Source: an uncultured Bacteroidales bacterium (GTDB lineage: Bacteria > Bacteroidota > Bacteroidia > Bacteroidales > VadinHA17). Taken from it: a stretch of DNA of 64,000 nt. The number at the start of each line of letters is the position of its first letter. Positions within the stretch are counted from its first letter, which is position 1. Below the pieces are notes generated by a model. It was not told the DNA's origin and did not search any database. It saw nothing but the letters and a program-made list of their open reading frames with translations. The stretch lies in contig CAVXEU010000003.1 of assembly GCA_963760915.1 (NCBI GenBank), positions 631,792 through 695,791 of the forward strand, in the 5' to 3' direction. Shown piece after piece: positions 56,388-64,000 of this stretch. The position numbers and the translations under genes are program-made.

Positions 56388-57206
56388 ATGAACATCTTCT
56401 ATAAAAAAGTAATATTGCTTCCATTTCTTCTTTTAACTTTCTCGTGCAATCCAAAAATCAGCAATGAGAACACCATTATTTCCGTTAAAACAACTCTCGG
56501 GGACCTCAAAATAAAACTTTATGACGGTACTCCCCTGCATCGTGATAATTTCATCAAGCTTATAAAATCAGGATTTTACGACGGAATATCTTTTCACAGG
56601 GTAATTAAAGATTTTATGATCCAGGCAGGCGATCCTTCGACTAAAACCGGCTCATCAGAAAGTTTGCCCGATTCCCTCTCAACCTATACTATACCTTCTG
56701 AAATCAACAGAATCTATTTTCATAAAAAGGGAGCACTGGCAGCTGCCAGACAGGGAACTGACGTAAATCCTGAAATGAGGTCATCCGGCACACAATTTTA
56801 CATTGTACAAGGGGTCAAATATACAGATGAGGAACTAAACCAGGCTGAGCAACGGATCAATAGCAATATCAAGCAAACTCTTTTTGACAGGTTAATGAGG
56901 GAAACTGCTGACAGTATAAGATTATCAGGAAGTACAACATCAGATGATTCTGAAATTCAGGAAATTGCCTCACTCAAAATGTTTCAGTATCTTGCTTCAA
57001 ATAAAGAATATACATTATCCGAAGAACAGCGTAATGTCTATAAAACCATCGGAGGAACACCCCTTCTTGACGGAACCTATACTGTTTTTGGTGAAGTAAT
57101 TGAAGGTTTGGATGTTATTGATAAAATTGCAGCTGTTCCTACTGACAGTAATGATAAACCTCTGAGCGACATTAAAATTATCAGAATAAAAATTGAAAAG
57201 GATTAA
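56388..57206 (+). CDS. cyclophilin-type peptidyl-prolyl cis-trans isomerase (lipoprotein, with internal insertion)
   Basis: It has a signal peptide with the lipobox LTFSC. Cyclophilin motifs are FHRVIKDFMIQAGDP and GTQFYIV...VFGEVIEGLDVIDKI. An insert of about 80 aa lies between them. Confidence 0.85.
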   Translation: MNIFYKKVILLPFLLLTFSCNPKISNENTIISVKTTLGDLKIKLYDGTPLHRDNFIKLIKSGFYDGISFHRVIKDFMIQAGDPSTKTGSSESLPDSLSTYTIPSEINRIYFHKKGALAAARQGTDVNPEMRSSGTQFYIVQGVKYTDEELNQAEQRINSNIKQTLFDRLMRETADSIRLSGSTTSDDSEIQEIASLKMFQYLASNKEYTLSEEQRNVYKTIGGTPLLDGTYTVFGEVIEGLDVIDKIAAVPTDSNDKPLSDIKIIRIKIEKD

Positions 57207-57233
57207 TACAGACAGATATAAAAGTGTATTTCT

Positions 57234-58274
57234 ATGCTTCAGAAAATAAAAGATCTTTTAAATGAGGTCTCATCGGCGACAATTAAAACAGCTGAAGAGC
57301 TCGAATCATTTCGTCTTAAATACCTAAGCAAAAAAGGCTTGCTTTCTGATCTCTTTGAAGATTTCAGGAATGTTCCTGTTTCAGATAAGAAAGAGGTTGG
57401 GCAGATGCTGAATATATTAAAAAAGAATGCACTCGAAAAATATAATTCCTTCCAGTCAGGAATAGTAATAACCGAGGAACATCCAGATGGTAAAGATCTT
57501 ACAAGACCTTCATTTCCATATTCTTCCGGATCGCGTCATCCGATTTCGATTGTGAGAAAAGAGATAATTGAAATTTTCAGCCGTATCGGTTTTACCGTTT
57601 CAGAAGGCCCTGAAATTGAGGATGATGATCATGTATTTACAAAACTGAACTTTGCACCCGAGCATCCTGCCAGAGATATGCAGGATACATTTTATATCTC
57701 TAGAATATCATCTGAAGATTCCAGTCCGGGTGATATATTACTACGTACCCACACTTCATCTGTGCAGGTAAGAGTTATGCAATCTCAAAAGCCTCCGATA
57801 CGAACTATTTCACCCGGAAGAGTTTTTCGTAACGAGGCTATTTCAGCCAGGGCTCATTGTATTTTCCATCAGGTTGAGGGTTTGTACATAGATGAAAATG
57901 TATCATTTGCAGATCTGAAACAGACATTGCTGTTTTTTGCACGTGAAATTTTCGGAAAAGAGACTGAAATCAGATTAAGGCCCTCATATTTCCCTTTCAC
58001 CGAACCTTCTGCTGAAATGGATGTAACCTGTAAAATATGCGGGGGAAAGGGTTGTAATGTATGCAAATACACCGGCTGGCTTGAAGTTTTAGGTTGTGGT
58101 ATGGTTCATCCCAATGTTCTGGAAGCTTGCAGCATTGACAGCCGGAAATTTACCGGATTTGCTTTCGGTATGGGAATTGAGAGACTTGCTATGTTAAAAT
58201 ATCAGGTAAATGATCTTCGTCTCTATTTTGAAAACGACAAAAGGTTCCTTGAACAATTTAAGACAGCATTTTAG
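57234..58274 (+). CDS. pheS: phenylalanine-tRNA ligase alpha subunit
   Basis: It has class II motifs (FRNEAISARAHCIFHQVEG and GFAFGMGIERLAM). Confidence 0.95.
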   Translation: MLQKIKDLLNEVSSATIKTAEELESFRLKYLSKKGLLSDLFEDFRNVPVSDKKEVGQMLNILKKNALEKYNSFQSGIVITEEHPDGKDLTRPSFPYSSGSRHPISIVRKEIIEIFSRIGFTVSEGPEIEDDDHVFTKLNFAPEHPARDMQDTFYISRISSEDSSPGDILLRTHTSSVQVRVMQSQKPPIRTISPGRVFRNEAISARAHCIFHQVEGLYIDENVSFADLKQTLLFFAREIFGKETEIRLRPSYFPFTEPSAEMDVTCKICGGKGCNVCKYTGWLEVLGCGMVHPNVLEACSIDSRKFTGFAFGMGIERLAMLKYQVNDLRLYFENDKRFLEQFKTAF

Positions 58275-58334
58275 ATAAATTAAATATTTAATTGAGAGTT
58301 AAATTTGATCTTTGCACTGTAAATTATTACTTGA

Positions 58335-59045
58335 ATGAAACAACAGGATATAAATGTACCATTATGTAATAAATGCGCTCTGGAGTCGGGTTCTATATTC
58401 ACACATCTGACATCCGATGAAATAGAACAAATAAATTATGAAAAAGATTTTCGTCAGTACCGTCGGGGTGATATTCTATACCAGGAAGGCAACAGGATAA
58501 GTGGCTTTTATTGCATCAACAGTGGGATTATAAAAGTTTTTAAGACAGGTTTTGATGGAAAAGAACAGATAATCCGCTTTGCAAAAAGAGGAGATATAAT
58601 AGCGTACCGAAGTGTATTAAGTAATGAATTAGCCTGCACTTCAGCAAAAGTCATAGAAGATTGCCAGGTTTGTTTTATTCCTTCGGAAATACTTATTTCA
58701 TTTATCAAGTCAAATGCCGATTATGCTCTTGAATTACTAAAGCTTGCCTGTCATGAATTAGGTGAAGCAAACTCATTTATAACTGATATTGCCCAGAAGA
58801 CAGTCAGGGAGAGGCTTGCAGAAATACTTCTTTTACTGGTTAATGATTTTGGCATAGATAAGGATCAGTTTCTTAATATTTCTCTTACCCGTGAAGAACT
58901 TGCCAATATTGTAGGAACTGCCACTGAGTCAGTTATCAGATTATTGTCCGAATTCAAGACTGACAAGCTGGTTGAGCTCAGCGGCCGAAAGATTAAGATC
59001 CTGAACACAAAAGGACTGGAAAAGATCAGTAATGTTTTTAATTAA
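58335..59045 (+). CDS. Crp/Fnr family transcriptional regulator
   Basis: 236 aa with a cNMP-binding-like domain and a C-terminal HTH (REELANIVGTATESVIRLLSEFKTDKLV). Confidence 0.85.
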   Translation: MKQQDINVPLCNKCALESGSIFTHLTSDEIEQINYEKDFRQYRRGDILYQEGNRISGFYCINSGIIKVFKTGFDGKEQIIRFAKRGDIIAYRSVLSNELACTSAKVIEDCQVCFIPSEILISFIKSNADYALELLKLACHELGEANSFITDIAQKTVRERLAEILLLLVNDFGIDKDQFLNISLTREELANIVGTATESVIRLLSEFKTDKLVELSGRKIKILNTKGLEKISNVFN

Positions 59046-59077
59046 TTACCAATATCGGTGGACACAATTTTAATGAA

Positions 59078-60103
59078 TCAGAACAAGCTTCCGGTCAGAT
59101 TTTTTCCAATTTGTTTTCCGAGATGTTTATATGCGTGCTCAGTAGCTTCACGCCCCCTTGGTGTTCTTTTCAGATATCCCTCTTTTATCAGGAAGGGCTC
59201 ATAAACTTCTTCTATTGTTCCGCTTTCCTCTCCAACAGCGGTTGAAATTGTAGTCAGACCGACCGGTCCCCCGTTAAACTTATCAATTATTGCAGAAAGA
59301 ATTCTGTTGTCCATTTCATCGAGGCCATGCTGATCTATATTTAGAGCATTAAGTCCGTATTTTGTAATTTCAAGATCAATTTCTCCGGATCCTTTTACCT
59401 GTGCAAAATCCCTTATTCTTCTCAGCAGAGCATTTGCAATTCTGGGAGTACCACGGCTTCTCCTTGCAATTTCTACAGCAGCATCCTTCCTAATATTAAT
59501 ATTCAGAATCGCGGCTGATCGTTGAACAATGCCTGTAAGTATTTCATGATCATAATATTCCAGGTGGAACTTAATGCCAAATCTTGCTCTCAGCGGACTC
59601 GTCAGCAATCCCGACCGTGTTGTTGCACCAATCAGGGTAAAATTATTAAGAGTCAGCTGAACTGATCTTGCGCTGGGTCCCTTATCGATCATTATATCGA
59701 TCTGAAAATCTTCCATTGCAGAATAGAGGTATTCTTCCACAACAGGACTAAGTCTGTGAATTTCATCTATAAAAAGCACATCACCTTCCTGCAGATTTGT
59801 AAGCAACCCTGCAAGGTCGCCGGGTTTATCGAGGACAGGGCCTGAGGTAACCCTCATATTCACCTGTAGTTCATTTGCAATTATTGTGGCAAGAGTTGTT
59901 TTACCCAATCCAGGAGGGCCATGCAATAAAACATGATCAAGCGATTCACCCCTTTGCTTTGCAGCAGTAACGAAAACGACAAGGTTTTCCATTACCTGTT
60001 TTTGTCCTTTGAAATCAATGAAGCTTAAAGGCCTCAGTTGCTTTTCAAATTCCTTGTCTTTTACTGTAATACTATCCTTTCTGATATTGAGATTATCTTC
60101 CAT
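59078..60103 (-). CDS. ruvB: Holliday junction branch migration helicase RuvB
   Basis: It has Walker A (GPPGLGKTT), Walker B (LFIDEIHRL) and the sensor motif [13 protein letters not shown]. Confidence 0.95.
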   Translation of the reverse strand: MEDNLNIRKDSITVKDKEFEKQLRPLSFIDFKGQKQVMENLVVFVTAAKQRGESLDHVLLHGPPGLGKTTLATIIANELQVNMRVTSGPVLDKPGDLAGLLTNLQEGDVLFIDEIHRLSPVVEEYLYSAMEDFQIDIMIDKGPSARSVQLTLNNFTLIGATTRSGLLTSPLRARFGIKFHLEYYDHEILTGIVQRSAAILNINIRKDAAVEIARRSRGTPRIANALLRRIRDFAQVKGSGEIDLEITKYGLNALNIDQHGLDEMDNRILSAIIDKFNGGPVGLTTISTAVGEESGTIEEVYEPFLIKEGYLKRTPRGREATEHAYKHLGKQIGKNLTGSLF

Positions 60104-60115
60104 AAAGCAAATTAA

Positions 60116-61669
60116 CTATTTTATAAGCTTTGTATCGCCTTCAGGAAGTTTAATTCTGACACCGTTTATACTAGTCTCAACGTCATTTTTATAGGCAATT
60201 ACAATTAAAGGATTACCCTCTTCATCATACTTCTTCCATGTTTTTTCTCTGATTCCCATCTGGTAATATTGTTCTTCCTTAATTCTCCCGTCTTCGTAAT
60301 AGTAACTTTGAAGCCCGTCAGGATTACCCTGAATGTAGTTTCCCTTGAATTTCAGTTTACCACTGGTATAGTTGGCCTTCCAGACTCCATCTCTAAGACC
60401 TACAAGATATTTACCTTCTTCAGTAAAATCATTTGTCTTATATATCCAGTCACCATTTTTCTCACCATCTGTATATTGTCCCTGTGCAATAATTTCCCCG
60501 GTTTCAGAATACTCTGTATATGCTCCGTCACGCTGTCCCTGGAAGTATTCTTCTTCTCTGAGAAGCTGACCGCTGTCATAATACCATTTCCATAATCCGT
60601 CAGGCCGTCCGTTATTATAAGAACCTGTCTGTTCTACTTTTCCGGATAAAGTATAGAATTTCCATATACCTGACCGTCTGTTATCTGTATATTGTCCTTC
60701 AGCCTGTACCTTTCCGTCAGGAAAAAGTTCTTTCCATTTTCCATTCCGGTTGCCGGCTTCATCAATTATACCTTCGTACAGTAAAAGACCATTATCGTTA
60801 TATGTGAATGAATTGGTAACCTTTCCGTCGCTTCCGAATTCCCTGTGAATTCCAACCGGAACATTATTCCTGTATGGTCCGCTGTAAATCAGTTTTCCAT
60901 CCTGATCATACTTATTAACCATTTCAATATCAGGCTCATCTTCAACCTTTGACTTAACAATTGCTCCGTTTTCGTACAACATCGTAAGAACAAGTTTTCC
61001 GCGGTTATCGTACTCTTTATAATAACCATTAAGGAGGTCGTCAACATAGGTTTTTTCAGTTTTTATCCTTCCATTAGGGTAAAAGTCTTTCCATTCTCCC
61101 TGTTTTAATCCTTTATTGTCGGTTCTGTTAATTTTTTGACGACTTACAAGGAAGTCCTTATTATACTCAAGAAGAGTTATAACGTTTCCTTCTCTGTCAA
61201 ATTCCTTTGAAAGACCTTCCTTTTTTCCACTGTTATATGCTATGGTTTGCTGAATCTTACCATCGGGAAAATAAATATATGCAGTACCTTCCTTCCGGTC
61301 GCCGGCGAAAAGCTCTTTTGACCAGATATAAAGTCCGCTTGTGGGATCCTTTTTATATTTATAATACCACCCGTTCTTTTTACCATACAGATAGTTTATC
61401 TTTTCAGTTGTATCTCCTACCTGATCGAAGAAGATCCAGATGCTGTCGAGAAGAAAATTTGTCCTCTTTCCCTCTGATTTTTTAATTCCTGTGACATAAT
61501 AGCTTTTCCAGAAACCTTCCGGTTTTCCGCTCTTCATCGTACCTTCACTTGAAATGGTACCGTTTGGGTATTTAAAAATTTGATAACCGTCCTTTAAGGC
61601 ACCGTTATCCTGACCAAAACCAATATAACAGATAAAAATAAAAGCTACTAAAAAATAAATTTTTTTCAT
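60116..61669 (-). CDS. MORN-variant (YwqK-like) repeat protein, secreted
   Basis: 517 aa with a signal peptide. It has about 20 tandem G-x-W-x-x-Y/F-Y-x-x-G-x-(K/L) repeats of about 23 aa. Confidence 0.75.
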   Translation of the reverse strand: MKKIYFLVAFIFICYIGFGQDNGALKDGYQIFKYPNGTISSEGTMKSGKPEGFWKSYYVTGIKKSEGKRTNFLLDSIWIFFDQVGDTTEKINYLYGKKNGWYYKYKKDPTSGLYIWSKELFAGDRKEGTAYIYFPDGKIQQTIAYNSGKKEGLSKEFDREGNVITLLEYNKDFLVSRQKINRTDNKGLKQGEWKDFYPNGRIKTEKTYVDDLLNGYYKEYDNRGKLVLTMLYENGAIVKSKVEDEPDIEMVNKYDQDGKLIYSGPYRNNVPVGIHREFGSDGKVTNSFTYNDNGLLLYEGIIDEAGNRNGKWKELFPDGKVQAEGQYTDNRRSGIWKFYTLSGKVEQTGSYNNGRPDGLWKWYYDSGQLLREEEYFQGQRDGAYTEYSETGEIIAQGQYTDGEKNGDWIYKTNDFTEEGKYLVGLRDGVWKANYTSGKLKFKGNYIQGNPDGLQSYYYEDGRIKEEQYYQMGIREKTWKKYDEEGNPLIVIAYKNDVETSINGVRIKLPEGDTKLIK

Positions 61670-61672
61670 GAT

Positions 61673-62626
61673 TTAAAGACCAAGATTTTCAGATATTTCA
61701 ATCATTCTTTTAATAGGCTTTTGTGCTCTATAAATTAATTCACCATCAATGATAATTTCAGGTTGTTCGTTCAACAGACAGGAATAGATCTTATCTAAAG
61801 TAATAAGCTTCATAAAACTGCATTCGCTGCAGCCGCATGTAGAATCTTTCGGTGGTGCTGGAATAAATAATTTTTCAGGATTGTTCTTTTTCATCTGATG
61901 AATTATACCTGCTTCAGTTGCCACAATATAAGACTTTCCGCTATCTTTCCCTGTAAAGTTCAATAAAGCGGATGTTGATCCCATAAAATCTGCAATCATT
62001 CTTACAGGTAATTCACATTCGGGATGAACAATAATTTTTGAATCAGGATTTAATTTTTTCAGGCTTAGAATAGCTTCAAGTGAAAACTCTTCATGCACAT
62101 GACAGGTTCCGTTCCAAATAACTATATCACGTCCCGTTTTATTAAGAACGTAGTTTCCCAGATTTCTATCCGGAGCAAAGATTATTTTTTCATTTTCAGG
62201 GAGGGAAGCCACTATTTCAACTGCGTTGGAGGAAGTGCAGCTTATATCAGATAATGCCTTTATTTCGGCAGTAGTATTGACATATGAAACAACCGTTCTT
62301 CCGGGATTTTCTTTTAAGAATTTTTCAAAATCTTCTGCCTTGCATGAATCTGCAAGAGAGCAACCGGCATTCATATCAGGAAGAAGAACTTTTTTTTCCG
62401 GTGAAAGTATTTTAGCCGTCTCTGCCATAAATTTCACACCAGCAAAAACTATTATATCTGCAGAATTAGAGGCTGCTTTCTGTGAAAGTGCAAGGCTGTC
62501 ACCAGTAAAATCAGCAATATCCTGAATATCCCCTGTCTGGTAATAATGTGCCAGAATTATTGCATTCTTTTCAGCGCACAGCCTTTTAATTTCCGATATA
62601 TAATATTCTGATGGCTGTTTTTTCAT
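61673..62626 (-). CDS. nadA: quinolinate synthase
   Basis: 317 aa. The N-terminus has NAIILAHYYQ and it has VHPEC and CSECSFMK motifs. Confidence 0.9.
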   Translation of the reverse strand: MKKQPSEYYISEIKRLCAEKNAIILAHYYQTGDIQDIADFTGDSLALSQKAASNSADIIVFAGVKFMAETAKILSPEKKVLLPDMNAGCSLADSCKAEDFEKFLKENPGRTVVSYVNTTAEIKALSDISCTSSNAVEIVASLPENEKIIFAPDRNLGNYVLNKTGRDIVIWNGTCHVHEEFSLEAILSLKKLNPDSKIIVHPECELPVRMIADFMGSTSALLNFTGKDSGKSYIVATEAGIIHQMKKNNPEKLFIPAPPKDSTCGCSECSFMKLITLDKIYSCLLNEQPEIIIDGELIYRAQKPIKRMIEISENLGL

Positions 62627-63272
62627 CTGATTTTGAATTTACCATACTAATGGTCTGCAAACTTAATCATTATTGTCATATTGAATTTCCCTTTATTCTA
62701 AATTTATGTCAGTTATTAACATCACTATATTCTTATATATTAATTTTAAATTTATTTATGATGGTTATGATGTGCTGTTAATTGTGTTGATAGAAAAATA
62801 CGATTTTTATTGTTTTTCCCGAAACTACAACTGTACTAACATCTTTTCAACAGATCAAAAAATGTACCGTTTTTGAATATCAACTGATTAGTTAATTAAT
62901 TAACAATTGTTAAGATAAGATTGTTATTATTGTAAACTGAAAAATAATATTGCTTTAAGGGTTTATACAAGGTTCATATTTTTGCATTATATTCTTAAAA
63001 CTTTACATGGGGTAATTTAAAACGCTGCAGAAAGGTCAAAATTGTTAAAAACAATCAGGTTATTAGTTTTAATCATAATTTGTTTACATGTTATTAACAT
63101 CATTATCACAACAAGTAATTGATATATTTTGGCATCCAAACAATAGCCCGGATGTTTTGTTATATGGATAGAAAATGTGGTTTCTGATTAAGATTTACAG
63201 TTCCTGTTTATTTTGATTAATCTATTAACTAAATTTGAATTTAGTTTTAAAAATAATCTATAGAGCAAAAAA

Positions 63273-63719
63273 TTGGAAAATAAAAAGATAGCAATTGTAT
63301 CTGATCATGCCGGGTATATTCTTAAAGAAAAATTATTAGCTTATCTCATTAAGCTACAGTATGATGTGAAAGATTTTGGTTGTTCTTCCACAGAAGCAGT
63401 TGATTATCCCGATTTCGGGCATCCGTTAGCTAACGCTGTTTCAGCGGGGGAGTACAGATTAGGGATATCCATTTGCGGAACCGGTAATGGAATAAACATG
63501 GTTGTAAACAAACATCCGGGAATAAGAAGTGCAATATGCTGGAATGAAGAGATAAGCCACCTGGCCAGGGCGCATAATGATGCGAATATATGTGCATTAC
63601 CTGGCAGGTACATCAATGATTCTGAAGCATATCTTATTGTTAAAACTTTTCTGGAGTCATCATTTGAAGGGGGGCGCCACCAGAGAAGAATAGACAAGAT
63701 CTCTTTAAAAATTTATTAA
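63273..63719 (+). CDS. rpiB: ribose 5-phosphate isomerase B
   Basis: 148 aa with IAIVSDHAGY and CGTGNGINMVVNK motifs. The start codon is TTG. Confidence 0.9.
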   Translation: MENKKIAIVSDHAGYILKEKLLAYLIKLQYDVKDFGCSSTEAVDYPDFGHPLANAVSAGEYRLGISICGTGNGINMVVNKHPGIRSAICWNEEISHLARAHNDANICALPGRYINDSEAYLIVKTFLESSFEGGRHQRRIDKISLKIY

Positions 63720-63720
63720 A

Positions 63721-64000
63721 ATGCTTTCAAATTCATGCAGATATGGGATCAGGGCAGTTATATATTTAGCCAGTCAGCCTGAAGCTGCAGGAAAGACAGG
63801 CATAAAAAAAATCAGCAGTGATCTGGACCTGCCGGCACCATTTCTGTCAAAAATTCTTCAACAACTTGCAAAACAGAAGGTATTAAGTTCGACTAAAGGT
63901 CCGCACGGAGGGTTTTCACTTTTAAGAGATCCCCGGAAATTATCCCTTTATGATATTGTAAATATAATTGACGGAGATGAAATATTTACAAATTGCGTAA
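63721..64000 (+). CDS. Rrf2 family transcriptional regulator (5' partial, runs off the window)
   Basis: It is not in the ORF track because there is no stop in the window. My translation gives MLSNSCRYGIRAVIYLASQPE...KISSDLDLPAPFLSKILQQLAKQKVLSSTKGPHGGFSL, typical of Rrf2/IscR-like proteins. Confidence 0.8.
   Translation, partial: MLSNSCRYGIRAVIYLASQPEAAGKTGIKKISSDLDLPAPFLSKILQQLAKQKVLSSTKGPHGGFSLLRDPRKLSLYDIVNIIDGDEIFTNCV

Noticed and set aside
57935-57950. A third CACGTG-centred sequence, TTTTGCACGTGAAATT, inside pheS, considered as a parS candidate.
   Set aside because: It has three mismatches to the parS consensus and lies in a coding region.
62627-63272. The AT-rich nadA-rpiB spacer, considered as oriC.
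   Set aside because: There is no cluster of TTATCCACA-type DnaA boxes, only 2-3-mismatch hits, and no adjacent dnaA or dnaN. It is kept only as a low-interest observation.

Overview
This is a low-GC chromosomal segment of Bacteroidota type. The assignment rests on gene neighbourhoods (DUF4271-hemD, rnpA, [dut]-TPR-DUF4292-LytM-ybeY-mnmG), TAnnTTTG -7 boxes, no Shine-Dalgarno signal, and lipoprotein and Tat leaders. There are about 60 densely packed, mostly housekeeping genes. The functional centrepiece is an aerobic respiratory locus. A SCO-ctaD-ctaE-coxIV-ctaC(caa3)-ctaB operon (18.1-23.2 kb, +) converges on a complete Alternative Complex III operon actABCDEF (23.4-31.2 kb, -). Other recognisable genes are polA, uvrC, ruvB, mnmG, ybeY, pheS, nadA, rpiB, dtd, deoC, hemD, rnpA, moaDE, queD, lspA, mntP, ade, pfk, a Tat-leader Fe/Mn SOD, two Crp/Fnr regulators, and ArsR- and Rrf2-type regulators. 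I saw no rRNA, tRNA or CRISPR array. Five things are not ordinary. (1) A 924-bp insert carries an IS200/RAYT-type HUH Y1 gene with an in-frame TAA. It is bounded by 8-bp terminal inverted repeats and by 149-bp direct repeats that duplicate a gene 3' end, and it is followed by four nested GGTGC-N3-GCACC hairpins. (2) An ORF-free stretch of about 0.93 kb, when translated by hand, is a heavily decayed dUTPase (dut) pseudogene plus a second relic frame. (3) Two parS-like palindromes (TGTTCCACGTGGAACA) flank uvrC-ade, next to mnmG. (4) There are families of short intergenic repeats: 9-bp TTGAAGGGG arrays at two loci, and heptad palindromes CACGGAT/ATCCGTG. (5) A shared palindromic box precedes both units of a membrane-protein/wHTH/CreD module. 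All product calls come from motif recognition in the supplied translations. No database search was possible, so family names are best-recollection assignments.
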